A stretch of DNA of 64,000 nt, taken from the NCBI GenBank assembly GCA_963719945.1, contig CAVRDX010000001.1, positions 256,001 through 320,000 of the forward strand, read 5' to 3'. The notes under the pieces were generated by a model. That model did not search any database, was not told where the DNA came from, and saw only the letters and a list, made by a program, of their open reading frames with translations. Positions 1 through 13,414 of this stretch are shown piece after piece; positions within the stretch are counted from its first letter, which is position 1; each line of letters opens with the position of its first letter. The position numbers and the translations under genes are program-made. Source of the stretch: an uncultured Thermoplasmata archaeon. GTDB lineage: Archaea > Thermoplasmatota > Thermoplasmata > UBA10834.

Positions 1-270
1 ATAGATCGGGTATGTGACCCATCCCATGGCAAAGAGTGCAAAGGCGATTACGAAGAATACGCCGATCTGTCGAAACGGGGTCTTCCTGTTTGTCCAATAG
101 AGGATGAACGATAGAACTGCAGCGAGGACCGATATCGCAGGGGTGACCACATTGGCCATGAATTCCGCCTGCTCATCATTTGCCAAGAGCATTGGCATGG
201 ATGCTGAGAAGGCGAGCACAGCTACGATGAGAAACCATCCACGAGTTGTTCTCGGGAGTGCGAGCCTCAA
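1..270 (-). CDS. Integral membrane protein, N-terminal part (runs off the window; possibly a membrane sensor domain)
   Basis: Not in ORF track. TTG at 268-270 preceded by GGAGG; open frame MRLALPRTTRGWFLIVAVLAFSASMPMLLA...VVTPAISVLAAVLSFILYW...FRQIGVFFVIAFALFAMGWVTYPIY with three hydrophobic segments. Confidence 0.7.
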   Translation of the reverse strand, partial: MRLALPRTTRGWFLIVAVLAFSASMPMLLANDEQAEFMANVVTPAISVLAAVLSFILYWTNRKTPFRQIGVFFVIAFALFAMGWVTYPIY

Positions 271-350
271 TTCTCTTCCTCCGTTCTCTTGTAAGATGGC
301 GTTTGTCGGTATATTTTGAATCTCTTTCTAGGTATAGTCGATGATGGGGT

Positions 351-944
351 CTATTGCCGCTTTTTCCAGATGATCTCTTTGTCCCTGAGCTCGACAGCGA
401 GACCACCCTTTCTGGACATGTCCGTCTTCGCCACGTAGAGAGGAACTACAGTGATATTGAGCTTCTTCCTGACCTCATCCGACAGATTCGAAGCCGCCTC
501 TTTTGCCTGTTGTTCGGTTACCTTTGCATCATCGAAGACTACAGCGACATCGACCTCTTCCCCTGGTCCATGCTCCCCTCTCCCAACAGTTCCGAACAAT
601 CTGCATTCCTCCAGCCAATCATATCTGCTCATCATAATCGAGTAGGATCTGGCTGCATCTCTGTGTGGGTCTGCGTCTGGCAAGATCTTCAACGGTCGGA
701 GCTTCTCTCTGTCGTCGGTAAGCCTGACTGAGGTCGAATTCCCCACCTTTCTTGTCTTGACCAACCCAAGCTTCTTCAGCTCGTCGACCGCTCTCCACAC
801 GGTCATTGTCGGAATTCCAGAAGTCCTTGAGAGTTCGTTGATGCTGAACCTGTGGTCGTGATGGGCCCTTAGGGTTCGAATTATCTCTATTCTGCCTTTC
901 CTAGCCAGTATCTCGATAAATTCCCTTGAGATCGCATTATTCAT
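351..944 (-). CDS. Winged-HTH plus minimal nucleotidyltransferase (MNT)-fold fusion protein
   Basis: N-terminal ArsR-like wHTH (SINELSRTSGIPTMTVWRAVDELKKLGLV); C-terminal LFGTVGRGEHGPGEEVDVAVV resembles the MNT motif LFGSxARG-x5-SDIDL. Confidence 0.75.
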   Translation of the reverse strand: MNNAISREFIEILARKGRIEIIRTLRAHHDHRFSINELSRTSGIPTMTVWRAVDELKKLGLVKTRKVGNSTSVRLTDDREKLRPLKILPDADPHRDAARSYSIMMSRYDWLEECRLFGTVGRGEHGPGEEVDVAVVFDDAKVTEQQAKEAASNLSDEVRKKLNITVVPLYVAKTDMSRKGGLAVELRDKEIIWKKRQ

Positions 945-1042
945 ATCATCAATGGTATGAACATATCATATGTGGTATAAGAAATGGATGCATAAGCCAC
1001 GCCAGTATGAAGAAAAAATGAAAACATAAGTTGGGGTTTGCT

Positions 1043-1999
1043 TCAATCGACGACGGACTCGAGGACGCGAATCTCCCTTTCGGTCGCGTCGATTGCTATC
1101 TTGGCATTTAGCGGCAGGGGCGCGTTGTACATGCCATGGCCCGCGCAGAGACCCCATATGGACGGCCTATTCACCCCTCCGATTCGTTCCCTGACTATCT
1201 CCTCAACGCTGGGGTATGGTTCATCCGGCTTCCTCATTTCTGAGATCTCGCCCATTATTATCGCCCTGGCGTCCTCGATCTTCTTGCACAATCTAAGCTG
1301 AGTCAGGTGGTACTCTATGTGATAATATGTCTCACCGACCTCTTCCAGGAGCAGGATCTTATCCTTGGTATCGAGTTCGTACTTGCTCCCGAGGATGCCG
1401 CACACGAGCGTCAGATTCCCACCACACAGTCTTCCGGTGGCCTTTCCCTCTCCGATGGTCATCATCATCATGCCCTTTGGCGGGTTCTTGATTACCTGGA
1501 GCTCCTCCTGCCCCATCATTACCCTTATGGCCGTCTTCAGATCCTCTGACTGGGTCTTGATGAACTCCTCTCCTCTGGCGGGCCATATATCGACCAGAGG
1601 ACCATGGAATGTGACCATCCCGCACAATTGGTTCAATGCGGCATGGTATGCAGTGATGTCGCTGAATCCCATGAACACCTTGGGATGGTCCTTGATCATG
1701 TCGAAATCGATCATGTCCAGTATTCTCATCGAACCGTAGCCACCGGTCGCGCAGAGCACTCCGTCGATGGAGTCGTCCTCGAATGCCCAGTTGAAGTCAT
1801 CCGCTCTAGACTTATCGTCTGCTGCCAGCGTCCTTACGCTGAGCAATTTCCTGGTGGTGTCTCCAAGCTTGACCTTCAGTCCCATCTTCTTGAGCAGTTC
1901 CACTCCAAGGTGTATTCCACAGTGGTCCGGATTGCTTGATGGCGATATGACTGCCACAGTCGAATTCTTCTTCAGTTTAGGCGGCTTCTGTATCTTCAA
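1043..1999 (-). CDS. S66 family serine peptidase (LD-carboxypeptidase LdcA / MccF-like)
   Basis: VAVISPSS, GGYGSMRIL, GFSDIT (Ser), GGNL, LEEVGE (Glu), AGHG (His): complete Ser-His-Glu triad. Confidence 0.9.
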   Translation of the reverse strand: MKIQKPPKLKKNSTVAVISPSSNPDHCGIHLGVELLKKMGLKVKLGDTTRKLLSVRTLAADDKSRADDFNWAFEDDSIDGVLCATGGYGSMRILDMIDFDMIKDHPKVFMGFSDITAYHAALNQLCGMVTFHGPLVDIWPARGEEFIKTQSEDLKTAIRVMMGQEELQVIKNPPKGMMMMTIGEGKATGRLCGGNLTLVCGILGSKYELDTKDKILLLEEVGETYYHIEYHLTQLRLCKKIEDARAIIMGEISEMRKPDEPYPSVEEIVRERIGGVNRPSIWGLCAGHGMYNAPLPLNAKIAIDATEREIRVLESVVD

Positions 2000-2129
2000 C
2001 TAAACTCCCCCATGGTTGCGACATTGTCGAAGTGGCATAAAACCCCAACGCATGAGCGTGCATTCTGGAACCTGATGGAAACGTATATTCCGACGGTCAT
2101 GGATTTGGATTCAGACCTGGGGAGGATAC

Positions 2130-5851
<3,722 letters not shown>

Positions 5852-5979
5852 TCACTTCTCTCGGGCGTTACACCTCGGCTATCATCGCTTGCAGTAGCTG
5901 ATAGCCAGACGCGCGGATTCAAATACTCGAAATTGACACATTAATAGGTGCAGGTTATTGCTAGCGGAGTGAGCACAAG

Positions 5980-6909
5980 ATGCCCCGAAATGATAGCAGA
6001 GAGGGATCCAGGACGCGGACTGCAGTCGGGTCCTTCGATGATGGCGCTTCGCTCAACAAGCAAAGGCGAAAGCTTCAGAGGATCGTTCGGAACCAGGACC
6101 TGAAGTTGCGTGATGTGTCCGGCGAGTTCGATCCGAGGGAGACCTCCAGCCCGAGCTTGGCGCAGAAGCAAGCGACCCTCTCGCCGGAGCTGCTAGTGCC
6201 TGCAGCGGTCTCGGAAGACGAGTGCGTGCAGTATCAATGCACCGAGTGCGACATGATGGTGAAGGATTCCGATCCATACTGTCCGTTCTGCGGTGCCATA
6301 TTCGCAGACGGCCCGCTATCGTCTTCAGACGAGACCGCGGAAGCGGATGAGAAGCCATCAGACGCCCCTCCGATGATCCGAGAGGAGTTCGTCCGACCGG
6401 AGAAGTTCGACCTGTTCGGCATGATGAAGACAAGGGCCCGGGCACGAGAACTCCTCTACCAGGAGGCTCTGAACGGATTCGCTGGTTCGGCTCGGCTTCT
6501 CGAGGAGATCGAGCACCTGATTTCAGACATCAGCTCTCTGGGCACGGACACCACGAGGGCACGGAGGCTGATGGGCAATGCATGGGAGGCCTGCAGGGAA
6601 GGCAATTGGACGCTTGTCTCTGCCCTTGCAAGACAGACGGAAGAGGTCATGACCCCGAGCATACCATCGCTGGTGAGGTCCGAACTGGCCAGAGCCAGGG
6701 AGTATCTCATGGATGCGAAGGCTGCAGGGGTCGAGGTCTCGGACTATGTCCTGCGCATGAAGGCTGCCATGAATAGCCTGAAGGCCAACGATGTCGACGA
6801 GGCGCTCCGGATAACCAAGGATCTGATGGATATCCTGAGAGAGGACTCGGTCTCCTGGAAGAAAGGCGGATCACCCGCTTCCAGAAACTCCCTGCTATCC
6901 ATATTGTGA
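5980..6909 (+). CDS. Hypothetical protein with zinc ribbon and two C-terminal helical repeat units
   Basis: CTEC-x10-CPFC; two ~60-aa amphipathic units (SSLGTDTTRARRLMGNAWEACREGNW and KAAGVEVSDYVLRMKAAMNSLKANDV). Confidence 0.65.
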   Translation: MPRNDSREGSRTRTAVGSFDDGASLNKQRRKLQRIVRNQDLKLRDVSGEFDPRETSSPSLAQKQATLSPELLVPAAVSEDECVQYQCTECDMMVKDSDPYCPFCGAIFADGPLSSSDETAEADEKPSDAPPMIREEFVRPEKFDLFGMMKTRARARELLYQEALNGFAGSARLLEEIEHLISDISSLGTDTTRARRLMGNAWEACREGNWTLVSALARQTEEVMTPSIPSLVRSELARAREYLMDAKAAGVEVSDYVLRMKAAMNSLKANDVDEALRITKDLMDILREDSVSWKKGGSPASRNSLLSIL

Positions 6910-6956
6910 AAGCGCGGGGAAAGAATTCTTATCATTGTAAATGGGTAATGTGAACG

Positions 6957-7688
6957 ATGTCTTCGGACCATACTTCCATAGACTCTCAGGGCATTGAGAT
7001 CCTCAAGAAAGCATTGAATCAGAGGGTAATTGTCACGAGGTCCAGGATTGTCCCGAGCAATAGAAATCGAGTCTGGTTCGTTGAGACAGATGTGCGACCC
7101 GTAGTCGTAAAGCGTTCTTTCTCCGGCCGTTCGCCCGTGGAGTTCGAGACGATGTTGTTGGCGAAGAAAGCTGGGGTGGATGTGCCCTACCCGCTCTATA
7201 TGGACAAGCATTATCTGGTCACAGAGTTCGTCGCTGGCGAATCATGCGATCTGCTGATAAATCACATGTTCAGCCATGATGCTGCTGGAGGATTGGGCCG
7301 ATGGTTCGCGTCATTCCACGAGCGTCTCGAGAGCTTCGGTCGACCACTCGTTATGGCGGATGCCACACTTCAGAATTTCATCATGCAAGATGATCGCATA
7401 TACGGTTTCGATCTCGAGGATGCGTCTCCTGGAGAACCACTCGATGACTTGGGCCAGATGGCTGCCTCCATACTTGGCAACGAGCCATTCTTTACACCCA
7501 TCAAGTTCGATCTATGCTTCACAATGCTCGAGGGATACGAAGACGAGAGTGGTTTGGAATCATTGGAGAGCGTCCGACCATATGTGGCCAAGCATCTGCG
7601 TAATTCCGTCCGGTCGAAACCTCTCTTCAGGAGACCCTTTGAAAAAGTCGCGCTGACTCTTGAACGCGGTTGGCCGAGCCTCGCCTAG
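6957..7688 (+). CDS. Protein-kinase-like phosphotransferase (APH/Kdo/Bud32-like fold)
   Basis: VVVKR (beta3 Lys), LVTEFVAG hinge, catalytic loop MADATLQNF (D-x4-N), GFDLE (DFG-equivalent), PLDDLG. Confidence 0.75.
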   Translation: MSSDHTSIDSQGIEILKKALNQRVIVTRSRIVPSNRNRVWFVETDVRPVVVKRSFSGRSPVEFETMLLAKKAGVDVPYPLYMDKHYLVTEFVAGESCDLLINHMFSHDAAGGLGRWFASFHERLESFGRPLVMADATLQNFIMQDDRIYGFDLEDASPGEPLDDLGQMAASILGNEPFFTPIKFDLCFTMLEGYEDESGLESLESVRPYVAKHLRNSVRSKPLFRRPFEKVALTLERGWPSLA

Positions 7689-7733
7689 ATGCTCATCTAG
7701 TGACTGCCTTTGGCAATGCGATGAATAGCCTTC

Positions 7734-9962
7734 TCATTCCGCATCCGTCTTCTTATCCTCAGGTTCGCCGTGGGCATCCGCCCTTCTCTTCGCTCGGCTC
7801 CTGATCTCCTCAAGCTTCTTGGTGATCTCAGAGATGCTGTCGACCTGGTCTCCTATGACCTGTTTCCTGCGTTCGATGGTCTCCCTCATCTTCTCCGTCT
7901 TGGACTTCTCGAGAGCTATCTTCTCCATCTCCTCGGCCATATGCTCCCTGCGCTCGTCCATCTCACGCATCTTCTCCTCGAAGGCCTGCTCCCTTGTCCT
8001 GAGCTCCTCCTCTCGCTCCCTGAAGGAATCGTCCCTCTCCTGGATCGTCCGTTCCCTCTCTTCCATCTCGGCCATCCTCTCGGAGACGTGTTTGCGCTCG
8101 GCATCGAGCCGCTTCATCTCATCTTCCACTTGGGCCTTGGCCTGGTCTACCTCCTGTTGGAGGTTGCTCTCGCGGTCCGCGAGCGCCTGAAGCTTGGAAT
8201 CGAGTTCCTGTCGGGAGGCCTTCTGCTCTTCCGCCATCCTATCCATCTCGGCTCTGTCGGCCTCGACCCTCTGCTCGCGCTCCTCGATTACCCTATCACG
8301 CTCTTCGAAGTCGCCCGCCTTGTTATCCATATCGGCTTTGAGGGATTCCAACTCCATCCTCTGTCTGGCGAGTTCTGCGGATTCGGTCTCGAGTTTCGCC
8401 CTGAGCTCTTCGCTCTCGCCCTCTTTTGTTACCAGAATGCGTTCCTTATCCACTATCTCCGATTCGCGGTCCGACATGCTCTGGGCAGCCTCTTCATGAC
8501 CTGCGAGTGATTCGCTCAGCTTGGATTCCCTCTTCTGGACCTCTTTCTCTCTCTTGTCCAGGTCCCTGAGCATCGATTCAATGCGTTTCTCGGAATCCTG
8601 CACGCCCTCCTCTCTCTCAGTGAGGGCTGCCTGTATCGAGTCGAGTTCCTGGGTCCTCTTCTGCAGGTCCTCGTTCTCCTTGCCTATGTTGCCAAGTAGT
8701 TTGGATAGCTCGGCCTGCTGTGATTCGGCACTGGAGTCGATCTCCGCTCTCCTTCTCTCCAATTCCTCCTTCTCTGAGGCCAGCTCCTGTTCTCTACCTT
8801 CAATGCTCGCAATCTTGTCCTTGAATTCCTGTTCTTCCGATTCGAAGGCGGTTCTCCTCTGCTCTTGGTCGTCAGCGGACCTCTGGAATTCCTCCTGCCT
8901 GACTCTGAGATCATCCTCTGCTTGGGCTATCTTCGTCTCCCTTTCTCCGAGGTTGACCTCCGTGTCCGCCAGATCTGCCCTGAGGTTCTCCGTCTCGACT
9001 ATGAATGCTCTCCGCTCGTCCTCCAGAGCCGAGGTTGAATGGTCCAGGTCCATCTTTCGTACCTCAAGGTTGGATTGCAGCTGCTTCAGGGAGTGTTCCC
9101 TGGCTTCGATCTCACCGCGCTCGGCCTCGATCTGCTTCCTATCCCTGTCAAGGCTTTCAAGTCGCACCTTGGTCTCCTCGACTTCCTTGAGCCATTCGAC
9201 CCTGGACTGTTCGAAGCTCTCCTTCTCTTCGTCGAACATCTTCTGGCTCTCTTCGAGTCCGATCCTTTCCTTCACTAATCGTCCATAGCCGATCTCGTAC
9301 TCGTTTATCGATTGGCCGATGCCTACCTGCAACGATCTCATCAGGCCACGCTTCGCCTCAGCAGCTGCCTCGAACGCATGCTTGCTGCGGTTGAGGTTCT
9401 GCTCCCTTTCCAGCAGTAGTGTGACCCTCTCGTTTATCTGGGAATGTCTGTCCGAAACCTCTGCCTCGAACGCCTCTAGCTCTTTCTGCCATGATTCCGT
9501 GTCTTGTTGGAACTTCGAGAGCTCGTTCCTGAGATTCTCCAGTTCCTCGATCTCCTGAGTATGAGCGACCTTCTCCGCTTCCATGGCCTTAATGGCTTCT
9601 TGCGCGTTGGTCTGTTCGCTCTTGGCCTTCTGCTCGGCTTCGAGCGCGGCCTTGCTCCTGGCCTCTATCGATGCATCGAAGGCGCCTTCGACCGAGTTGA
9701 GCATCTCCTTTATGAACCCTGTCTCATCATCCTCGGCGACGTCTTTTCCCACGAGAATGAAATGGAGCTTCTGGCCTCTTATGATAGTTCCGACGAGTCT
9801 GTCGACCTCAAAGGCTCCAATGGCTGCTATGTCTCCCTTGCCTTTGATCGCCTTTTTGACATCATCATAGGTGACGTCTGCCTTTGTGCTGAATACAAAC
9901 TCCTTCAGAAGTCGGCCATCTGGCTCAACTAGAAATCCCTTGTATATCTTCTTACCGAACAT
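7734..9962 (-). CDS. Long coiled-coil protein with N-terminal longin-like domain
   Basis: ~95-aa globular N-terminus (GFLVEPDGRLLKEF...LVGTIIRGQKLHFILVG) then ~640 aa of E/R/K/Q-rich helical sequence; no Walker motifs, no TM. Confidence 0.75.
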   Translation of the reverse strand: MFGKKIYKGFLVEPDGRLLKEFVFSTKADVTYDDVKKAIKGKGDIAAIGAFEVDRLVGTIIRGQKLHFILVGKDVAEDDETGFIKEMLNSVEGAFDASIEARSKAALEAEQKAKSEQTNAQEAIKAMEAEKVAHTQEIEELENLRNELSKFQQDTESWQKELEAFEAEVSDRHSQINERVTLLLEREQNLNRSKHAFEAAAEAKRGLMRSLQVGIGQSINEYEIGYGRLVKERIGLEESQKMFDEEKESFEQSRVEWLKEVEETKVRLESLDRDRKQIEAERGEIEAREHSLKQLQSNLEVRKMDLDHSTSALEDERRAFIVETENLRADLADTEVNLGERETKIAQAEDDLRVRQEEFQRSADDQEQRRTAFESEEQEFKDKIASIEGREQELASEKEELERRRAEIDSSAESQQAELSKLLGNIGKENEDLQKRTQELDSIQAALTEREEGVQDSEKRIESMLRDLDKREKEVQKRESKLSESLAGHEEAAQSMSDRESEIVDKERILVTKEGESEELRAKLETESAELARQRMELESLKADMDNKAGDFEERDRVIEEREQRVEADRAEMDRMAEEQKASRQELDSKLQALADRESNLQQEVDQAKAQVEDEMKRLDAERKHVSERMAEMEERERTIQERDDSFREREEELRTREQAFEEKMREMDERREHMAEEMEKIALEKSKTEKMRETIERRKQVIGDQVDSISEITKKLEEIRSRAKRRADAHGEPEDKKTDAE

Positions 9963-10171
9963 CAGACCACTTCCGACGGGGGTGTCGTGACTTGGGTCAT
10001 TTAGGTACGGACAACGACCATTCGAACCATCTGTGTGTTGTCGGCATACCTGGACGATTGGAAGTTGTTATCGGGTCGCCTGAACATAACCTTTTCCCTA
10101 TGGGTATCTGTCGTGAATCCCTCGCCATACTCCCGATGTGAATCGATCCTGCTATCGTCCTGTCGCTCTGC

Positions 10172-12604
10172 TCAAGGTCGGAACCTCCTCAGCATGGACG
10201 CGTTTGTGACAACTGAGACCGAGCTGAACGCCATGGCCCCTGCGGCTATCATCGGACTGAGAAGCCAATCAGTGAACGGGTAGAGTATCCCTGCCGCAAT
10301 CGGTATCGACGCTGTGTTATAGGCGAGTGCCCAGAACAGGTTCTCTTTGATCTTGCGGAATGTGCGCCTGCTGAGCCGAATGGCCGTGGAGACTCCTTCC
10401 AGATCGTCTCGGACGAGAACGATATTGCCAGACTCGAGGGCGATGTCCGTCCCGCTCCCGATGGCAATCCCTATGTCTGCCTGGGCAAGTGCCGGCGCGT
10501 CGTTTATTCCATCTCCTACCATTGCTACGATCTCTCCGATATCCTGATACGATCGGATGGCAGCGGCCTTATCCTTCGGAAGGAGGTGGGCTTTGAAATC
10601 ACGGATGCCCGCTTTTGTGGCAATCGCTCTTGCGGTCCTCTCATTGTCTCCGGTGAGCATCACCACCCTCAACCCCATTTCCGTCAGAGTGCGGACCGCC
10701 TCTCTTGTCCCTGGCTTGAGGGTATCGGCCACCCCGATGGCTCCCAACGCCTTATCCTGAGCGATGCAGACCATAACTGTCATTCCCTCATCTTCCATCT
10801 GTGAGATGGATTGGTCCAGGTCTGATATGTCTGTCATCAATCGCGCTGCCATTCTCCTATTGCCGACATGTATGGTCACGCCCTTCACGGTCGAGGTCAC
10901 TCCTTCACCTGGCGTCACTATGGATGTGTCCGGATCGTCCAGGGAGATGCCTGCCTCACGGGCAGCCTCGATCACCGCATTGGATAGGACATGCTCAGAA
11001 CCCCTCTCCGCGCTTCCAGCATGGTACAGCAGTTCTCGCTCGTCGTGCGCATCCCCAAGCACCAACCTCACGACCTTCGGTTCGCCGACGGTCAGTGTGC
11101 CCGTTTTATCAAATATCAGGGTGGTCAGTTTTCCAGCGGTCTCCAGAGCGTCGGCATCCTTTATCAGCACTCCAAGTTGCGCACCCCTGCCCGTGCCGAC
11201 AACGATTGCGGTGGGAGTGGCGAGCCCCAATGCGCATGGGCATGCGATCACTAGCACCGTCACGAATGTGGTCAGGGAGAACGACAGTGCATCTCCGACG
11301 TCCCATATCTCGGATCCTACGAAGTACCAGAAGATGAATGTGGACACGGCTACTGTCAGTACTGCTGGCACGAAGTATCCCGCGATCTTGTCGGCATATC
11401 TCTCTATCGGCGCTTTAGAGCTCTGCGCATCCTCCACAAGCCTCACTATCTGGGCCAAGGTCGTGTTCCTGCCTATGCGAGTGGCCTTCACTTTCAGCAC
11501 GCCTGATATGTTGACGGTCCCGCCGATTACTTCGGCTCCCTCGACCTTCTCCTGAGGCATCGATTCGCCAGTGACCATGGATTCGTCCACCGACGAACGC
11601 CCGGATTGGACATTGCCATCGATCGGCAATCTCTCTCCAGGCTTGACCACGACAAGGTCCCCTTCTTTGATTTCATCGACGCTGACCTGCATTTCCACAC
11701 CATCCCTTATCATCACTGCTGTGGATGGCTGGAGGTCCATGAGCTTCATTATCGCCTCCGAAGTCGAACCCCTGGACCTGAGTTCCAGATACTTCCCTGC
11801 GAGGACCAATGTAATTATCACGGCTGAAGTGTCGAAATAGACATCGGGTGTGCTCACCAAATCAGGACTCAGCGTGACTATCAAGCTGTATATGAACGCG
11901 GAGCTGGTCCCAAGGACCACCAGTGTGTCCATGTTGGCTCTCTTGTTCAAGATCGCTCTGTATGCACCCTTATAGTACCTGAATCCCGCGAAGAATTGGA
12001 CCGGAACCGCGAGGATTAGCAGGATGTAATTCCTGGCCTCTGTGGTCATGAGGTCTGACCAGAACGAGTATGTCATGGTCATCGACGCGATTGGGATCGC
12101 GAACGCCAATGCGATGACGAGATCCCTCACCCCCGCACTCAACTCTGCTTTCCTGGCCAGCCGCTCGGCCATGACCCCCTCTATCTCGAGGACCTTGTAT
12201 CCCGCCTTCTCGACTGCTGCTGCGAGCATGGACCTTGAAGCCAAGGTGGAATCGTAGTCCACCGTCGCCTTGCCGAGGGCAAAATTGACCTTTGCGTCCG
12301 TCACCCCTGGGACCTCTTCCAGAGTCTCCTTGATCGTGAGCGCGCATGTGGCGCAATGCATTCCACCGATTGTCAGCGTTGATTCATCATGCGCGATATC
12401 GTACCCCGTTGACCTGACAGCCTCGGCAACATCCTCAATCGAAGCCCTGTCTGGGTCAAATCGGAAGGTGGCTTTCTCGGTCGCCAGGTTGACAGTGATA
12501 TCGTCAACACCTTCAACTGATTCTATGGATTCTCGTACTGCATCTACGCATGTTGCACAATGCATGCCCTTGATTCGGACCGACCCCTTTCTCGAACCCG
12601 ACAA
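10172..12604 (-). CDS. copA: Cu(I)-translocating P1B-type ATPase
   Basis: Two HMA domains (GMHCATC), [22 protein letters not shown] and MAFSS. Confidence 0.95.
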   Translation of the reverse strand: MSGSRKGSVRIKGMHCATCVDAVRESIESVEGVDDITVNLATEKATFRFDPDRASIEDVAEAVRSTGYDIAHDESTLTIGGMHCATCALTIKETLEEVPGVTDAKVNFALGKATVDYDSTLASRSMLAAAVEKAGYKVLEIEGVMAERLARKAELSAGVRDLVIALAFAIPIASMTMTYSFWSDLMTTEARNYILLILAVPVQFFAGFRYYKGAYRAILNKRANMDTLVVLGTSSAFIYSLIVTLSPDLVSTPDVYFDTSAVIITLVLAGKYLELRSRGSTSEAIMKLMDLQPSTAVMIRDGVEMQVSVDEIKEGDLVVVKPGERLPIDGNVQSGRSSVDESMVTGESMPQEKVEGAEVIGGTVNISGVLKVKATRIGRNTTLAQIVRLVEDAQSSKAPIERYADKIAGYFVPAVLTVAVSTFIFWYFVGSEIWDVGDALSFSLTTFVTVLVIACPCALGLATPTAIVVGTGRGAQLGVLIKDADALETAGKLTTLIFDKTGTLTVGEPKVVRLVLGDAHDERELLYHAGSAERGSEHVLSNAVIEAAREAGISLDDPDTSIVTPGEGVTSTVKGVTIHVGNRRMAARLMTDISDLDQSISQMEDEGMTVMVCIAQDKALGAIGVADTLKPGTREAVRTLTEMGLRVVMLTGDNERTARAIATKAGIRDFKAHLLPKDKAAAIRSYQDIGEIVAMVGDGINDAPALAQADIGIAIGSGTDIALESGNIVLVRDDLEGVSTAIRLSRRTFRKIKENLFWALAYNTASIPIAAGILYPFTDWLLSPMIAAGAMAFSSVSVVTNASMLRRFRP

Positions 12605-13054
12605 ATCCTCTCTCCTCTCAGATCAGATAATAGATTGTCCTAGCACATGCAATCAAATATCAATTGTGCCGGTCCGATGCCCTCGTACGCTTAGTCTTCG
12701 ATGTGATCGAACGGACGGTGGATAATGTATCAAAAAGGGGAATATTCGTTCAATACATATGTCTGTTTGACCGTAAATAGGCACATCTTTCATGAATGAT
12801 TCTATACCACAACAGTCTCTTCCGCGAGATCTCTGCTGCCCTCTCATCTCGGCCGTCATGATCGTTCTTGCCCTTCTCAGCGAAGGTCCTTTGTTTTCTG
12901 ATTGCTGCTCTGATTGTCATAAATGATGCAAGGCGCGGTCATTGGGGTCGTTCTGAGCGGGCAGATATGCCCGCGGATTGGCCACTTACCGTACTTTCCC
13001 AGGGATGCATTTACTATGGAGTATCTCCTATGTTCCAATGCGAGGTGTCGCTCA

Positions 13055-13330
13055 TTGGCTCGAGTCAATGTCAAGTTCTTCGCTACCATACGGGAAGTTG
13101 CAGGGACAGCATCGATAAGTTTGGAAGTCGATGATATCGACTCTCTAATCTCGCACCTTTCAATTAGCTATAGTCATGCCATCGTTTCGGCGGGTATCGA
13201 TCCTGATTCCTTCTCCGATTCTCTCGTGATATTGGTGAATGGTCAGAACATCCGTCAGCTGAAAGGGTTCGACACGCCCCTGGCCGATGATGACGAAGTG
13301 TCCTTGTTCCCACCAATTTCAGGTGGATGA
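13055..13330 (+). CDS. MoaD/ThiS family ubiquitin-like protein (SAMP-type)
   Basis: VKFFATIRE...ILVNGQNI...DDEVSLFPPISGG with C-terminal Gly-Gly; TTG start at 13055 follows GAGGTG SD. Confidence 0.9.
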   Translation: MARVNVKFFATIREVAGTASISLEVDDIDSLISHLSISYSHAIVSAGIDPDSFSDSLVILVNGQNIRQLKGFDTPLADDDEVSLFPPISGG

Positions 13331-13414
13331 CGACCGATTGCCTTTGGGAAGCCTTGCGAATCGCAAGATAAGCTTTATATCGGGCCAGGCCATAACCGCG
13401 ATTCAGGATTTGAG

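Noticed and set aside
351-944. MNT-HEPN toxin-antitoxin pair
   Set aside because: No adjacent ORF with an R-x4-6-H HEPN motif; neighbours are a membrane protein and an S66 peptidase
7734-9962. SMC/Rad50 or SNARE assignment for the coiled-coil protein
   Set aside because: No Walker A/B, hinge or zinc hook; no C-terminal TM or lipidation site, and far longer than a SNARE motif
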